A stretch of 64,000 nt of DNA from the NCBI RefSeq assembly GCF_006345805.1, contig NC_043002.1, forward strand, positions 45,632,001 through 45,696,000, written 5' to 3'. Below the pieces are notes generated by a model, which had not been told where the DNA came from, did no database searches, and was given only the letters and a program-made list of their open reading frames with translations. This document shows, piece by piece, positions 14,511 through 28,536 of this stretch; the stretch's first letter is position 1; every line of letters begins with the position of its first letter. Source of the DNA: Octopus sinensis (taxonomy: Eukaryota). The position numbers were made by a program, and so were the translations under genes.

Positions 14511-16236
14511 CTCTAGTCACAAGTGATGAAGTGTTGGAGTTCTTTCCCTTTATATTGATGTTTATTTGACCAGTTTACTTTTCACCTAAGTAAATATTTT
14601 TGTAGTTTTCACAACGTTCACTTATCAAATGTATTATTTTCATTGCTAACTTCATGTTTGGTTATTGTTTCTTTCAGCACAAACATGTAAAAGTGTTTTC
14701 AGTGTTTTGTGTTAAATCTAGAAACCAGTCCTTTGTATTTCAGTGTTGTGCCTTGTTCAACTTTAATATTTAATATTTTATTCTCAATCTGAATGAAATT
14801 TGCAAAGAATTCAATGCACATATTAGATCATTTGTCAAAAATTTTTCAAAAAAAAAAAAAAAAATGTTAACTCGATTCACCCAGCATGTAAGGTCTTTAG
14901 CAGTAACTTTTACAGACATCCTCTACAATTTTTCATTTCTTTTAGTGATCTAAATTTGTGTTTTTTGCTTTCCCTGAAAACAAAAATAAGAAAAAAACAA
15001 ATGTGCTGTTATTAATATCTTCTCTCATATATAAAGATTATTAAATTTCACCAAAATGAACTTTGTAAATATTAAAATATAAACATATAATATGTTAATT
15101 TTAAAGGCAATCAATATTTTATTCATATTGAAAGCTCTTAACTTTTTCCTAATTCAATATGGTATACATCTGGTTTGTTTTAGATTCCAGTATGCTCTTT
15201 TTTATTTTAATTAAAAAAAAAATTTTTTCTTGTATGTACCACTAGCCTGTGTAACTCAGATTGTTGTTATAGGCAAGCCAATTTAATAGTGAAACTCTTT
15301 TTAATGATTTTATTGTATTTTCATCATATCGGCAAGCCAATTTTCTTTAAACACAATAGTCTTTAGCTGAAATATATATTGTGAATACAACTGAATTTTT
15401 ATGACTACAACTATATATAAGGTATGCTATCTTAGCTATTGATTGTTACGATAGTTAAACATGTTTTTATCAATTTTGTATGCTGCAAGAAGAAATGAGT
15501 AATTGATAGAGTGTTCAGAATAAGAATTAATTAGTTTCCCTATAAAAATGAATAAATCGTTACCTAACCTAATCCAGTATAATATTGAACTTCAGTTTTC
15601 TTGTATAATTTTTTCAAGTATTCAATTAGGTTAGCTAGTTCAGGAGTCTGAATTTGTATTTCATAAGAATAACCTATTTAGGAAATTTTCAAGCCATAAC
15701 ATTATTTTGCTTTGAATGAATGAAGGATTAATATTGATGAAAGAGAATAAATGATTATCAATAAAGAGGGTGGGGGGGGGGGGAGAGAAAGATTGGTAAG
15801 TAATATTCTGCAGAAACCAAAAATTGTATAGATAAAGTATTTAATGTTACAATTTTAGGGCTTACAAAATAAAATATTTAATCTGGTGCTTAGAAACTCT
15901 ATATCTAAGGTAAATATTACTTGGAAAAGTATTCCAATGTTTTATTGAATATTGAAAGATAGAAAAACTCATGTTTCTATGTATCAATTGTTGAAAAATG
16001 GAGTTATATCAAGTGTCATTATTGTCATATTTTTTCCAAAGGTTTCAAAATATCAACTGTTATTGCCAGTCATGAAAAAACAGTAATATTTAACCCTTTT
16101 ATTACAAAATATCTGTTGAAATACACTGCCTTTGTTTTAATTTTGAAAATAACAAATTATTTAGTAAAATAATTTTGTCATTATGAAACTGGTGTTTGGA
16201 ACAACTTCACACAGAATTTTGATGGAGTGTTTTAAT

Positions 16237-16420
16237 TTAACCCATTAACATTCAGTTTACTCTGTCAAATATAATTCTTATTTATTCACATTGGCATCAT
16301 GCATTACTCATAGCTTTGAGATTTCAGTGTTGTGATTTTTTAGTTTTTAGAATGACATTCTAGGGTAGGTGAGAAAAAACTGGTAGACTATTTTGGCTAG
16401 TTTAAATACTAAAGGGTTAA
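16237..16420. mobile_element. TTAA-flanked MITE (piggyBac-like ends), copy 1
   Basis: TTAA-CCCATTAACATT ... AATACTAAAGGG-TTAA; the body is homologous to the copies at 20691, 31374 and 35091. Confidence 0.75.
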
Positions 16421-18073
16421 ATCACTTAAAAACATTGAAAATTGTATCAGATTCAAGGCTGTCATGTGTGCGTCAGTATTAAAAGAGTTACAGATCTAGG
16501 AATAATTTTTTATGAGTAAGTGAAGTTTTATGAATATTCTTCGATGTTCTTAACTTTTTAAGTTATGGCATTCTGAACATATAAATTTAATGATGTTTGA
16601 TCTATTACTACAAACTCAGGCACTTGTGATAATCTTTTGTGAACAAAATACCATCAACCATTGTGCTTATGCTAACTGAAGAAGAAATCATCTATATGTT
16701 AGCACAGAAGTAGTTAACTTATCGTTTTTGAACAAACATCATGATCTTGGAGAAATGTTAAGGGCTTAATATCATTAAAAATAGCTAACACATTATTTCT
16801 CTGGTCATAAAATGAAAAATAACAGATGCAAGTGAGTGAGGATTATTGTCTCATTGACAAATTGTAGATGGATTCTCTGAAAGTCAAGTGGATGTTTTTT
16901 TTGTTTCCTCTCTTTCACCATTGCACTCCACATGATTAGAGATTTTTTTCACAGTACCACTGCATAAAAAGTATTGACTAGCAATTTTGTTGCTGTTTAC
17001 TTTTTAAATTATTTTGACAATTGTTAGAATATTTTCAAAATATTTCTTTGTACATTGTAGCTCACACACATGGTTCTTTTATGGAATTTTTCTTCTTTTC
17101 TTAAATATTTTCTATTATCCTCTCAGCAAACAAAGACAGAAAGCAAAACTGGTTAGCTCTAGTAATAGGTAATTTATGATGTAATTATGCAATCTTTGCT
17201 GTGATGGAATATGGCCTATTTTTATGAGTAAAAGATTTTCATATTGAACCTACCTCACGACAGGAGACACAGATGCAGGCAGCGGCATCGAACTCCCTTG
17301 TTGACCAAGTGCCACAGTATCAGTGTAGCTCATTCAGCGGTGGTGCCCCAGCATGGCCGCGGCCTTCGGGCGAAAACATTTTTAAGGATTTAAGGATGTA
17401 TATTCAGTTAAGGAATAAGTAGAAGAGCTATGAAGAACAATTTAGAGGCTGCTGAGAAAGCAGCTTGATGACTTTGGCTGAAAAGAGTTGATTGGTGTGG
17501 TCAGTAGAATTGGATACTGACCTAAGCTTGATCAACCTCGGTTGAGACGCCTGGATGAGGGTATTAAAGACCCCAAAGAACCAGTGATGTCAGGCTACAA
17601 CACTGACAATATATCTGAGATTGTATCAGCAGATGTATGCTGAACTAAATGATTTTTTTTGTGAAAAATTCAGTTTTATGGTGTAGCCATCTTAATTTGC
17701 ATATATTATCAATAGTCTTCCCTATTCTTCCTTTTGAAATTGGAAGCTTTATGCCTGTGTAAGAAATTAGTATCAGTATCATTCAGATTTTTTTTTTGCT
17801 TAAAATTTTTGTTGGGCCAATGCAAAAGAAATTATTATTATTATTATTAAGAGTGGGTGATGGCAGAATCAGTTGTGTCGATCAAGATGCTTTATGGTAT
17901 TTAGATGTGTTCCCTTATATTCGAATCTCACCAAAGTTGACTACAGATTTTTTTCTTTTTGTAGTGGTGATGGTGGGGGTTTGATAAAATAAGTATCTGT
18001 TATACACTGAAGTCAGTCTAATTTACTTTATCCTTTCCTAAAATGTGTGGTGATGTGCCAATGTTGGAAATCA

Positions 18074-18125
<52 letters not shown>

Positions 18126-19404
18126 TATTTTCATCTGTTTCTCTTGTGAAATTATTACAATGGAGAGGAATATTTTTTTAAAGTTTTTTTTTCCCCCCAG
18201 AAATACTATGTTTTATAATTCCTTGCCTTACATTTCTTAACTCAGATCCTGGCATGGTTTATTTTGCCTGTCATTTATTTTAGTTCATAAAATAAATACC
18301 CATAAATACCTGGTGCAGATATAGTGGTTGTTTACTTAGAAGTTAGATTTCACAACTTTGCAGCTCCAGGTTCAAATCCTACTGCACCACTCTGTAGATA
18401 CTTGCTTCCACCATAACCTCAAGTTGACCAGTGTTTGTGAGTGAAATTTAGTAGATGGAAACTGTACAGAAGCCCATTGTGTGTGTAAAATATAAAATAT
18501 ATTTTTGTGTATGTATATACTTTCAATAAGAAAATTGTCAATTAATCAGTGTGTCAAACAAAAATGCCAATATTATTTATTCAGACTGAGCAGTGAACAC
18601 TCCCTGTCACTTTTGCCATCAGAAATGAAGTGAAGCAGTAATTGGCCTGTTGAAAACTTATATGTATTGTTCACAAAATATTTAAGAATTGAATATACTG
18701 GTGCTGATACAATGGGCTTAACTTCATTGTCCTTGCGTCAAAACAAGTTCTTATCCTTGGTTTTATTGACATTATTTTTGTAAGAAAATGCTGAGTTGTC
18801 AGAATTGTTACCTCATCGGATGAAATGCTTAGTGGCATTTCTTTTGGCTTTATGTTCTGAGATCAAATTCTTCTGTTGTAGATTTTGCCTTTCATCCTTT
18901 CAGAGTTGATAAAATAAATACCAGTTGAACACTAGGGTCACTGTAATTGATTAGCCCCCTCCTTCAAATTTCAGGCATTGTACCTTTAGTAGAAAGGGTT
19001 ATTAGAATTATGGACAATAAATGTTGGGGTGGCAAAAATATAGCAGACTGGATAGGTAAATGCCTTATTTATATTTTGAGTTCAAATTCTGCAGGGAACT
19101 GACCATAGGTGGACACTTATGAATATCTGTTGTAATGTACCACATACCATCTCCTATTTTCTGTCGAAATTGTAAAGTATCTGTTTCCTTGTTCCATTTT
19201 TCCAACTTCAAATCCTAACTGATTAAGCTTTGGTTTTCTTCTGACCAGCTACTCGAATTACACTGTGTAAAACAAAAATTTTATATTTTTTTGTCTTTGG
19301 GCAGTAAGTGTTATTTCCTATTTGCTTCTATCTAGAAATCAAAGGAAATGACTACTCTTTCCTTCAAACTTTGCTTTTGTGACCTGGACATTTCAGACAG
19401 ATTC

Positions 19405-19587
19405 AGCACTGAATTGCTGAAGCAGAAATATCAATAAAGCAAATACTCTGCTCAGCACCACAGATTTGCTTGTCAGCTGCTTGACCTTAACCACTTGAGC
19501 ATGTCCCTTAATGGCTGACAGTACGTACATCTCTGATCATGAGCAAGAGTAGTGGGGGAACATCATGTGTTGAGAGGGATTCTTTGT
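19405..19587. repeat. Interspersed repeat, inverted homolog of 30968-31180
   Basis: Its reverse complement aligns by eye at roughly 80% with 30968-31180. Confidence 0.75.
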
Positions 19588-20690
19588 AAATGTAACAAAA
19601 GCAATGTTTGAAGGAAATATTAGCCATTATTCATATTTTCTAGGGGTAAGCAAATAGGAAACAACAGTTGCTATACTGAAGGACAAAAATTGTGTTACAC
19701 AGTGTTATATATTGGAAGATAATTGAAGTCTGTCAGATAATAATACCATAAGCTTTCAATCATGCAAAAAAAAAAAAAAAAAATCCCATATTAAATGGTT
19801 CTGTTTAGTTAGCCAAATTCTAAATAGAATGTGTATATTTCACATTTACACACCTATTATTGTTGTTAAAGTGGTGAGTGGGGTGAATCATCAGTGCATT
19901 GGACAAAATCGCTTAGCAACATTTCTTTGGTTTCCTTGCATATTCTGAGCTCTAATCATGCTGAGGTTAACTTTGCTGTCCTTCTTTTGGAGGCTCCATA
20001 AAATATAGTACCAGTCTAGTACTGGGGTTGATGTAATTGACTAACCCCATCATTCCTACACTTGCTGCCCATGTGCCAAAATTTGGAACAATCATTATTG
20101 TTGTTGTTATTTTATTTCCGTATTAAATCTTTTTCACAATTGTATAATTTCTAAAAAGAAAACAAATTTTTAAAATTTATTATTGTTATTTATTTATTTA
20201 TAATTATTATTATTATTTATCATTATCATTATTATTATTATGGATCACTATTATGTCAAAATCTTGTTTTGTTATTTTTCTTTTATTTTACTTTTTTTGT
20301 ATTTAAGTGAAGGTTATGTTTTTGTTTTTTTGTGTTTGCGTGAATCATAAGTAGGATTTTATACATAGATTTTTACAGAGAAATTAGCCCACACACAATA
20401 TATATATATATATTAGATTTAAGATAACACAAATAATGAAACGCTTGTTCTGAGCTTTTAACTTACATACACACACTGCAATTTAGCTCTGTTTTAGCAC
20501 TTGGAAAGAGGAACCTCTGCAAGTACAAAAATGTGCCAGTGTATCGCTGGGTATGTAGGTGCATTTTACTGATCTGGACAGCAGAGTAGAGTAAAATTGA
20601 CAAGTGACGCATTCAGATTTTCCTAAAGATAGTTTCTTTTTGAAAGAAAAAAAAAAAACAAAGAAATAGATTTGGTTCAGGCAAGCAGAT

Positions 20691-20790
20691 TTAACCCTTT
20701 ACAATTCAGATTACTCTTGTCAAATGTGACGCTTCTTTATTCACATTGTTTTGAATTCATCGTGCATTATTTAGAAGTGAGATCGATATA
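20691..20790. mobile_element. TTAA-MITE, 5' half only (copy 2)
   Basis: TTAACCCTTTACAATTCAGATTACTCTTGTCAAATG... matches the other copies. Confidence 0.65.
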
Positions 20791-22149
20791 ATCGACTGCT
20801 TGCCCTCCCCCACATTTTTGACTTTGTACCTATACATAGATTATGAGATTCATCACCACAGTATATATACTTCCAGTATAAATAGGAAATCAAATATAAA
20901 AGATTAGAACATATCATCTGTCAGCAATGGTGTTTGGTTAACAGTGTATAAGATGTAGAATTTACCTTTTTTTTGCTTATGTATTTAACCTTGTTTCTCT
21001 AAAATTGTTGATTTTTTTTTTAATACTTCCTCTTCAAAGGTAGGATGATTCTACCAATAGATGACAAAAATAATAGTTAAATTGTGTTCACATGATGTAT
21101 TGTTTTTTGAAGAACAATATACTTAAGGATATTTTATGGGGCATTTTTCTCTTAAAGTTTTAAAAATCTCTTTGGGTGTTTATATATGGATTCTTCTCTG
21201 TTATCAGCTTTTAAAATTTACTTTTAAATATCATCACAAAAAGCATAATTTCCCAAGTTATTTTTTAAAACAATTTTTCTCAAATCAAATTTTCTTATAA
21301 TAATAAAAATAAATCATCATTATCATTTTAATATTATTAATGAAAATTAATAGAAATGATTACTAACCATCATTAGCAAAATCATCATTATTATTTTTTC
21401 CAAATTTATTTTCAGTCCCAGTAATATTTGATATAGGTTCATAAATATTCATTGCAAATGTTATTTCCTAATATTTCTAAATTCACTTTATATATATATA
21501 TATATATTCATTCACGTACAGTAAATAATTTTTATCAAATCCTTATTAGTATATGATTATATAATGAAGATAACACTTTTTCACTTTCTCTTGTAATCAT
21601 GTTGATACCATAAGTTTGAGAGCACATATAGGTCACCTGACTAAATTATAAATTCGGAAAGTTATACTTTGATTTACATTTTGGATTCATAGAAAAATGG
21701 CTAAAATATATCTGTGTATATATTTGCGTATTTTTTTCAATTCTTTGATCTCTTTCCTCTAAAGAATTTACTGGTTAACAAAAAAAAAAAAAAAAGAAAG
21801 AAAAAGAAAAAAGCACTGTCATTGGAATTTAGCTAATAACAACAGTATAGTTATGTCTTAAAATTCAGAAATGTTTTGTATATTTTTACTATTCCACTTA
21901 CAGCTTGAAGTTGCAGAATATTATTAATCAGCTGGCCTCTTTCTTAGTTTGAAAATCCCAGTTTTTCTTAACTATTACTTAAACACTTCTTAACTTCATC
22001 ATGTACTCCAGTGATTATTGGTGTGAATATAAATTTATAATCTAAATAGGTTTCATAACTGTTGACAAAAAATGCTCTCTTTCTCACCTATTTTTGAATG
22101 AAATGTTCACATAACTGAGCAGCTGACCTTTATAGCTATCTCAGGCAGT

Positions 22150-23120
22150 TATATGCCTCTTGTGTTTGCAGTTAATGGAAGCTTTGATGGGAATGTTTCA
22201 CCAGTATTTCTTATGTTGGGGTGTACGTATATCATCAAAACTAGAAATAGTTTTGTGATAATTGTCTCAAAGCAATCCTTTTTATAGACAGCTTTGAATA
22301 TGCTTTCAATTACAAGGTCATGCTGCAGAGGAAGGTAATATCTTGATAACATTTTTGGGTACAGATATGTGACATAATCAATACTTTTAGCTGCTTCTTG
22401 GATGTTTAAGAACTTCACTGTTTTCTTTTCTGTTTGACAGCATCTTAGGTTGCAAAAGCATTTTCTGCAAAATATTAAATGATATAACAGTTATGAGTCC
22501 AAGAGCAGCTATGCTTTTTGATGTCCCCTTTATTACTCAAATATCCAGAAAACTTGATATTCATTGGTCTGTTTGAGGTGATTTCAGTCCAGCAGTTTTG
22601 GGTTTATGTCGAAACCTCAATCAATAAATGCTTCTAGGAGGGTTCACTCCCAGCACATAACATGCTACTCACTTAGTTTTAAAGCGTTTGGTTGATGTAT
22701 TAGCTTTTACTATTTTTTAGCTGATGCTGTTTGAGAGATTATTATACAATACTCAAAGTTTGTCTGGATTGATCTTAAGCCTCTTCCCCAGTTGTTTCTT
22801 CTGAGATCATCTGTCAATGTCAGTATTTTTGTGGAAGTTTCCAGTTAATATTAGGATCTTGCAGCTTTTAAGTCTAGTCAGGTATCCTGAGTGTGTTGGT
22901 ATCAGTACTGATTCTACAAATGCTTTGTGGGATATTGTCTTGTAAGGGGAATGTTTTGACTGCCACATATTTTCAAGTCTGGTTATAGTATTCTTTGGTC
23001 ACTCTTTGTCCACTGCACCTTTATATGATACATTTTTGTCAATACATAAGCATTTGATTTATTGAATAGAAGAAATAGAGACCACTGATGGTTAATGTTT
23101 TTCCTTTGGGAAGTGTGTTT
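22150..23120 (-). mobile_element. Decayed non-LTR retrotransposon fragment, probably R4/Dong-like (RLE type)
   Basis: Minus-strand ...IDYVTYLYPKMLSRYYLPLQHDLV... resembles the ETI.HI.S.C.KM..RYYLP.RHD motif downstream of the RT in RLE elements; frameshifted. Confidence 0.5.
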
Positions 23121-24451
23121 CTTACATTCAACTATTAAATATTAACTTTTCCTCTACTCAGATTTCAGTCATATTTCAGATAAATGCATTAAATTCAGTG
23201 TATTTAGGTCATCAATGAAAATTATAGGTTACATTCATATTTCTTGCTGTTTTTCTTGTGAAAAAAGGGTACAGGATTTAGTGCTTAAATTTGGAAAAAA
23301 ATTTTTTTTTAATACATTATCTGTTAGGAATATTTCCTTTGAAAAATTTATTACATTAGAAATAGCTGTGCTTTCAGTTACAAACGTAGTTGCTTAACCA
23401 GCAACTAAGGCAGCAAGTTTTTTCTTTTCTTTTGCTTGATGCAAAATATTCCAGTATTCTTGAGTGAAGATTAGTTAAATGGTCTTTTTATAATCAAGAC
23501 ATGTGACAAAATTTCTACAGTACTTTTTTTTTTTCACTGTTGACAGCACAGCTTCATCAAAAGTTGTTCAGCGCATATCCACACCTCTTTCTTTTCACGT
23601 GTTTGCTCATCACTCACTAAGTTGTTGAAATTACAGTAGTTTTGGAGGAAATGATTTAAACAGTTAGTGTAAAGTTTATACATAATGTTTAGGCAAGCTT
23701 ATAACTTTTGCCAATTAGTATTTTCAATTCTTGTCAGCAAGATTTGCCTGTGTCATTGCAAACCAGTTAGGTGTGTCAGTGTGACTGGTGATCTGTAGAA
23801 CATTTTCATCAGTATTCAGCAATTAAATCTCTCTTCTTGAGCCTCCAAGTCATTGTAAAAAGATCTTGCCTGAGTCATTGTATGGATTTTAAACTTCTAG
23901 AGGAACAATGGAATTAGTATTCTACTGTGTGATGCAGCTAATGAGTAAAGCATGACAGTGTTAAGATAGCAATGCTTTGGCAGCTCACATATCTCATATG
24001 TAACAGATGATTAACTTCAAAAATACATATAATTGTTTTGGTCTATCAACATTCAGGCAATCACTTTAATAGAACACATTTATGCATAATTTTTGCCATC
24101 AGCATTGTGGCAAATTGAATTTGAGTGGAGCTTCTACTTAGACGCAAATAAAACATCTTTGATGTTTCTTTCGTGAAGGATGTGTTATCTGTTTTCCATC
24201 ACAAAGTTTTATTGATCTGGTCCACTTCTTAATGATTGGCTTCTACTATAATCAAAATTTCACACTGAATGTATGGCTGAATCATGATTTATGAAGACCT
24301 AAAGACAGAACATAGTTGGTTTGAAGTGATGCGAAATATTAATTTATTGCATAGATATTAGGAAAGAGTGTTTGTGCAATCTTATCCATGGACATTCTTT
24401 TTCAGATTTCAACTTTACCATCTTGAATATTCTTGCAGGCACAGTATATAT

Positions 24452-24575
24452 GTGTAGTAAGAAGCTTGCTTCCCAACAACATGGTTCCAGGTTCAGGCTC
24501 ACTGCAATGCATCTTGGGCAAGTGTCATAGCTTTGGGCTAACCAAAGTCTTGTGATTGGACTGAGAGAAACCTTA
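24452..24575 (+). mobile_element. tRNA-headed SINE 5' part (family with further copies near 9720-9990 -, 18310-18480 +, 34340-34490 +, 59370-59520 -, 61250-61330 -, 61600-61760 -)
   Basis: gtagtaagaagcttgcttcccaac..atggttccaggttcagg..cttgggcaagtg is a recurrent head with a B-box-like GGTTCA motif. Confidence 0.7.
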
Positions 24576-24999
24576 TTTATATTATTTACATTTGACGGAT
24601 ATTTGTCCTCATCTTGTTTGTGATTAACAACAAACAAGATGAGGACAAATATCCGTCAAATGTAAATAATGTACATAATTCCTCATCTCTTAAATATAGA
24701 ACTGAAAGAAGCCTGTCGTGTGTGTTTATGTCTCCTTGTAGTATTGTGTGATAGTTGTAAAATGACTGTCACTGTCATACTATCAGTGGCATTCATTTCC
24801 AATACTTTTCAACGCGAACATGTCTGACCATGGAGAAATGTTACCTTTCTTGGAAATAAGTGAGGGTTGGCAACAAGAAGGGCATCTGGCCTTAGAATAT
24901 CTGCCTCAGATATACTCCGGCCAACCTATGCAAGGATGGAAAAGTAGTTAAATGATGATGAAAAGGGGGATCATTTTCCTTACATAGGAAGTTTCCTCT

Positions 25000-25330
25000 C
25001 AGTGCAATGCATCTTCAAAAATGGTGTGGATAACAGGATTCATGTTGGTCATGTTGTTTTTGGAAGACTGTTCCACTACATCTTCGGTATCAAAGCCACC
25101 ACCATCATCAAACATCGGATCAGCTGGGTAGGCCATATGCACCTTATGAATAGGACTAGATTTCCCTATCAGATCATCTTCAGTGAACTCAAAACAATGA
25201 TAACTCAGAGACCATTAATTTGAAAATCTGGGAGAAACATGCAGCATATTGCAGGCTCTAATTTCTAACCATCTCAACTACTGCAGAATTACATGATTGA
25301 GAAGTCATAGAGGCTAAATGAGAAAGGAAA
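25000..25330 (+). mobile_element. RTE-like LINE RT C-terminal remnant
   Basis: TIIKHRISWVGHMHLMNRTRFPYQIIFSELK matches the LRWAGHV.RM...R.PKQ.LYGEL motif. Confidence 0.65.
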
Positions 25331-25362
25331 TGAAATACTCAGAAATGGGAAGAGCCAACAGT

Positions 25363-25400
<38 letters not shown>

Positions 25401-26453
25401 AATTTGACCAGTTTTATATGAATTATGATCCCCAAAAAAATGGTTGTTAAGCAATGTAAAAAAAAATATGATAGTTAATGTAGAGAATATTTATATCATT
25501 CCATTTAGTAATTATCCCAAAATAGCACTTAAACCCATTTTACTCGTAAAACTACATTATTTTTTATAAGCAAATTATGTAACTGTAGCACATAACCTAT
25601 TTAAATCTTACTCCAAGGTTGAGACAGCATTAGTATTCAGTTTAAACTCTTTCAGATTATTTGGTGGGAAGTAAAAATATGGTTGGGCAAATTTTTAATG
25701 TGAGACAGCAAGAATAATAAAGATAGCTTGGTGTTTCAGTGATTGAGAACTGAAACTAATATAGTAGTAATAGAAGAGACAGAAGGCACATACAGCTTAC
25801 TGAGGTACTAGTGCCTGAAATGTATTAGTTATTTAAGTCTTATTATCAATTTAAATAGTGATATATTCTTGAGGTTTAATATATTTTTCTTTCTCTACTT
25901 TTATCAGAACATTCAACAATGGTGGGATTTATTTTGTAATCTAATGACTTAATCTGTTGTATCCCATGCTATTTCACTAAATTCTCTAGCAATTATTTTT
26001 TTTACAGATTTTTAAAAAAATCTTTAGCAAATTAAAAATGATATTTATTGTAAGCAATTTTATTTTGAAATGTAAAGAAATGTACTTTTGATATAGTTTT
26101 TCATTTTTTGATATTTTTCTTTGTTTAATAAAAACATAAGTGTATATCTGGTATATTTTACAATCTAGTATATTTTTTTAACTGTCAAATTTCAGATGTA
26201 CTTTTCTTAAACATCTCACATATTAAAATACCTATTTTACTGGATTCCTTGATTTTTTTTTTTTAAAAACATTATTTAATTATTTTTTAAATTTTAAGTT
26301 TCTTTTAACTATATCTTTTTACCGTAATGCCAATCGGATGATTCCATTTTTTTTTTAATGCTTATAGATACTTATCTCTTTCACTAAAGGAAATTAATTC
26401 TGATATCACATTTATGTATTTATAATTATTTTCATTCAAATTTTCAACTGCAG

Positions 26454-26582
26454 GCAACCAAGACATATTGATTTGTGGTGTGTGTAAGCTTGAGTTTACT
26501 AACCTACACACCTTAGCCCAACACAAGAAGCTTCCCTGTAAGCTTCGGTTTAGTTGTCAGTGTCAAAAGACTCCACAGCCTG
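26454..26582 (+). CDS. Exon encoding a C2HC zinc finger of the BCL11A ZnF0 / ZNF296 / ZFP64 N-terminal type
   Basis: Acceptor ttttcaactgcag and donor G|gtaagt, phase 1-1. Translates NQDILICGVCKLEFTNLHTLAQHKKLPCKLRFSCQCQKTPQP, matching the D-x-L-x-CGxC...HK-xx-C pattern of BCL11/ZNF296 N-terminal fingers. Confidence 0.9.
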
Positions 26583-27039
26583 GTAAGTAATGTTGATAGA
26601 TTCACTGACAGACACAAAATCACTATTTCCAGTCTGTTAGTTATCCTCTAATTTGCATAAATTCTCTCATTTCCCAATTTATAAAAATCTGCTTAGGCTG
26701 CATTATGACAACAGTTCTGATATTTCAACATACTTTTAACATTCTCTTCATTGAATATACTTCTGCTCTGATAGTAATATGATTTATATAAAATAAATTA
26801 TTTTTAAATCTGCTAATCTCTTATGACCATAATTATATTGTACATCTACATAATGCTCTTATTACTTACTTCAGCGAGCACATCAAAGCCCCAAACAAAT
26901 CTGGGGTTATCATCTGCACCAGACAAAGCTCTCAGACTAATATTAGTCGTTAAGCTATTATTCTCATTACATAAGTATCTCTTATTAGATTTTTTAATAC
27001 ACACTAAATATGTGAACACTAATTTAACTTTAGCGTATA

Positions 27040-28086
27040 CTGTAATAACCCATGTAATTTATGCACTTTTTTTTCAAAAACTTGAATGTGTGTGTAAATT
27101 ACATGAGTAGATCGTTTCCATAATTTTTTCATTGAGAAAAGACATACAAAATGTGAAAATTCATATTGGAAGTTGACTCATTTTATGGCAGAATAGGTTT
27201 TTACAGAAAAAATAATGGCTTAAATATGCATAATAAAATCGACTTTAATTTATGCTGGATGGTATAATGCTTACTTTTTCTGTATAAATTACTAAATCCA
27301 TTAAATGGTTAACTAATTTTTGAAGTCTGATGTTCATGCTGATAAAAATGGTCTGGGCCATATTTTACATTGCATGGAGTTTCTTCTACCTATCACAATG
27401 GAGCACATATTTAATATCTCCTTTGCAGTAAATGATTCATAAGTTCTGCTCGTACTAACAATAACAGTAATGATAAATTTTTAAGTTTGCCTGACAGTTT
27501 ATAAATGTGAAAGGGATTAAAATTTCAATACTCCATATCAAAGGTTCTAACAAGAATAGGTGGAAAAGATTTGTTTACATAATCAGTTTGATCAGTCACC
27601 TTCCTCTGTCAATTGAGTAAAGTGTCATCCAAGCTGATGTTTATTGGTAATTAAATTTAATTTGCAACACCTGTGCATATCAGCTTTGTTTTTGTTGGTA
27701 ATTCTTATCAACAACTTTTCCTGTGATCATGATTTGAGAAGACATACAGCAGTATGCTAACGATCGGACATAATCTCTTGTAGGCAAGAAATGTGAAATA
27801 AAGTTTATGATAAACAACACAAACACTTTGTAATTTAATAGCTTTCAATGTGATACCTGTTAAACAGAAATTCTTTTTATTTAATGAAAATTTAATAAAA
27901 TCTAATCATAAGTGAAATTATGCTAAATACAACTAAATTGAAAACCTTTTTCTCCTGGCCGTATCGGCAATTCTGAAAACTTTGGGGTGCAAATTTTACA
28001 TGAATAGAAGCTTTTTGTAACAAATTTTATCCTGAAAATCACCTGCGTAAATTACACAAGTACGCAAATTACATGGGTTTTTATGG
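27040..28086. mobile_element. Non-autonomous Tc1/mariner-superfamily (pogo/Tc2-like) element
   Basis: TA-flanked imperfect TIRs CTGTAATAACCCATGTAATTT and AAATTACATGGGTTTTTATGG; no intact ORF. Confidence 0.6.
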
Positions 28087-28495
28087 TATATTATACACTT
28101 TATATTTTTTTATGTTCATCTTTTTAGTCTTATTACTTATGTTTATGATATCATTGTTCTAAAGGTAATATTTTGTGGGATGATAATGAAAGAAATGTAC
28201 TTTGCTGATAATAAACATGCTGCAAATACTCTAGTAGGGATAGCAATTTACTATTATTACTCATGCTTTGATTATTAGCTGCGACTAGGTAATGAAAAAG
28301 TTCAATGTAAACTCTTCTTGCTAGATAACCTCAAATTTTATATTGACCCTACATTTTACTATATGTATGTTAAAACATCATTGAAACAAGTCATATATCA
28401 ATTCTGATATTAATTTTTTTTTGTTGTGGATTTTATAATGTTAAACAGCTACAGGTTATTTTATTAATATTGCATGTAAAACATACATACACACA

Positions 28496-28536
<41 letters not shown>

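Noticed and set aside
17264-17390. GC-rich exon-like patch in the large intron
   Set aside because: It hits TGA after 12 codons in the phase set by the 12894 donor, has no good donor, and its 3' part is a SINE fragment.
23560-24330. Possible transposase relic on the minus strand
   Set aside because: Only vague motif resemblance; too decayed to assign. The same applies to 28600-29000 and 44870-45110 (possible LINE endonuclease scrap).
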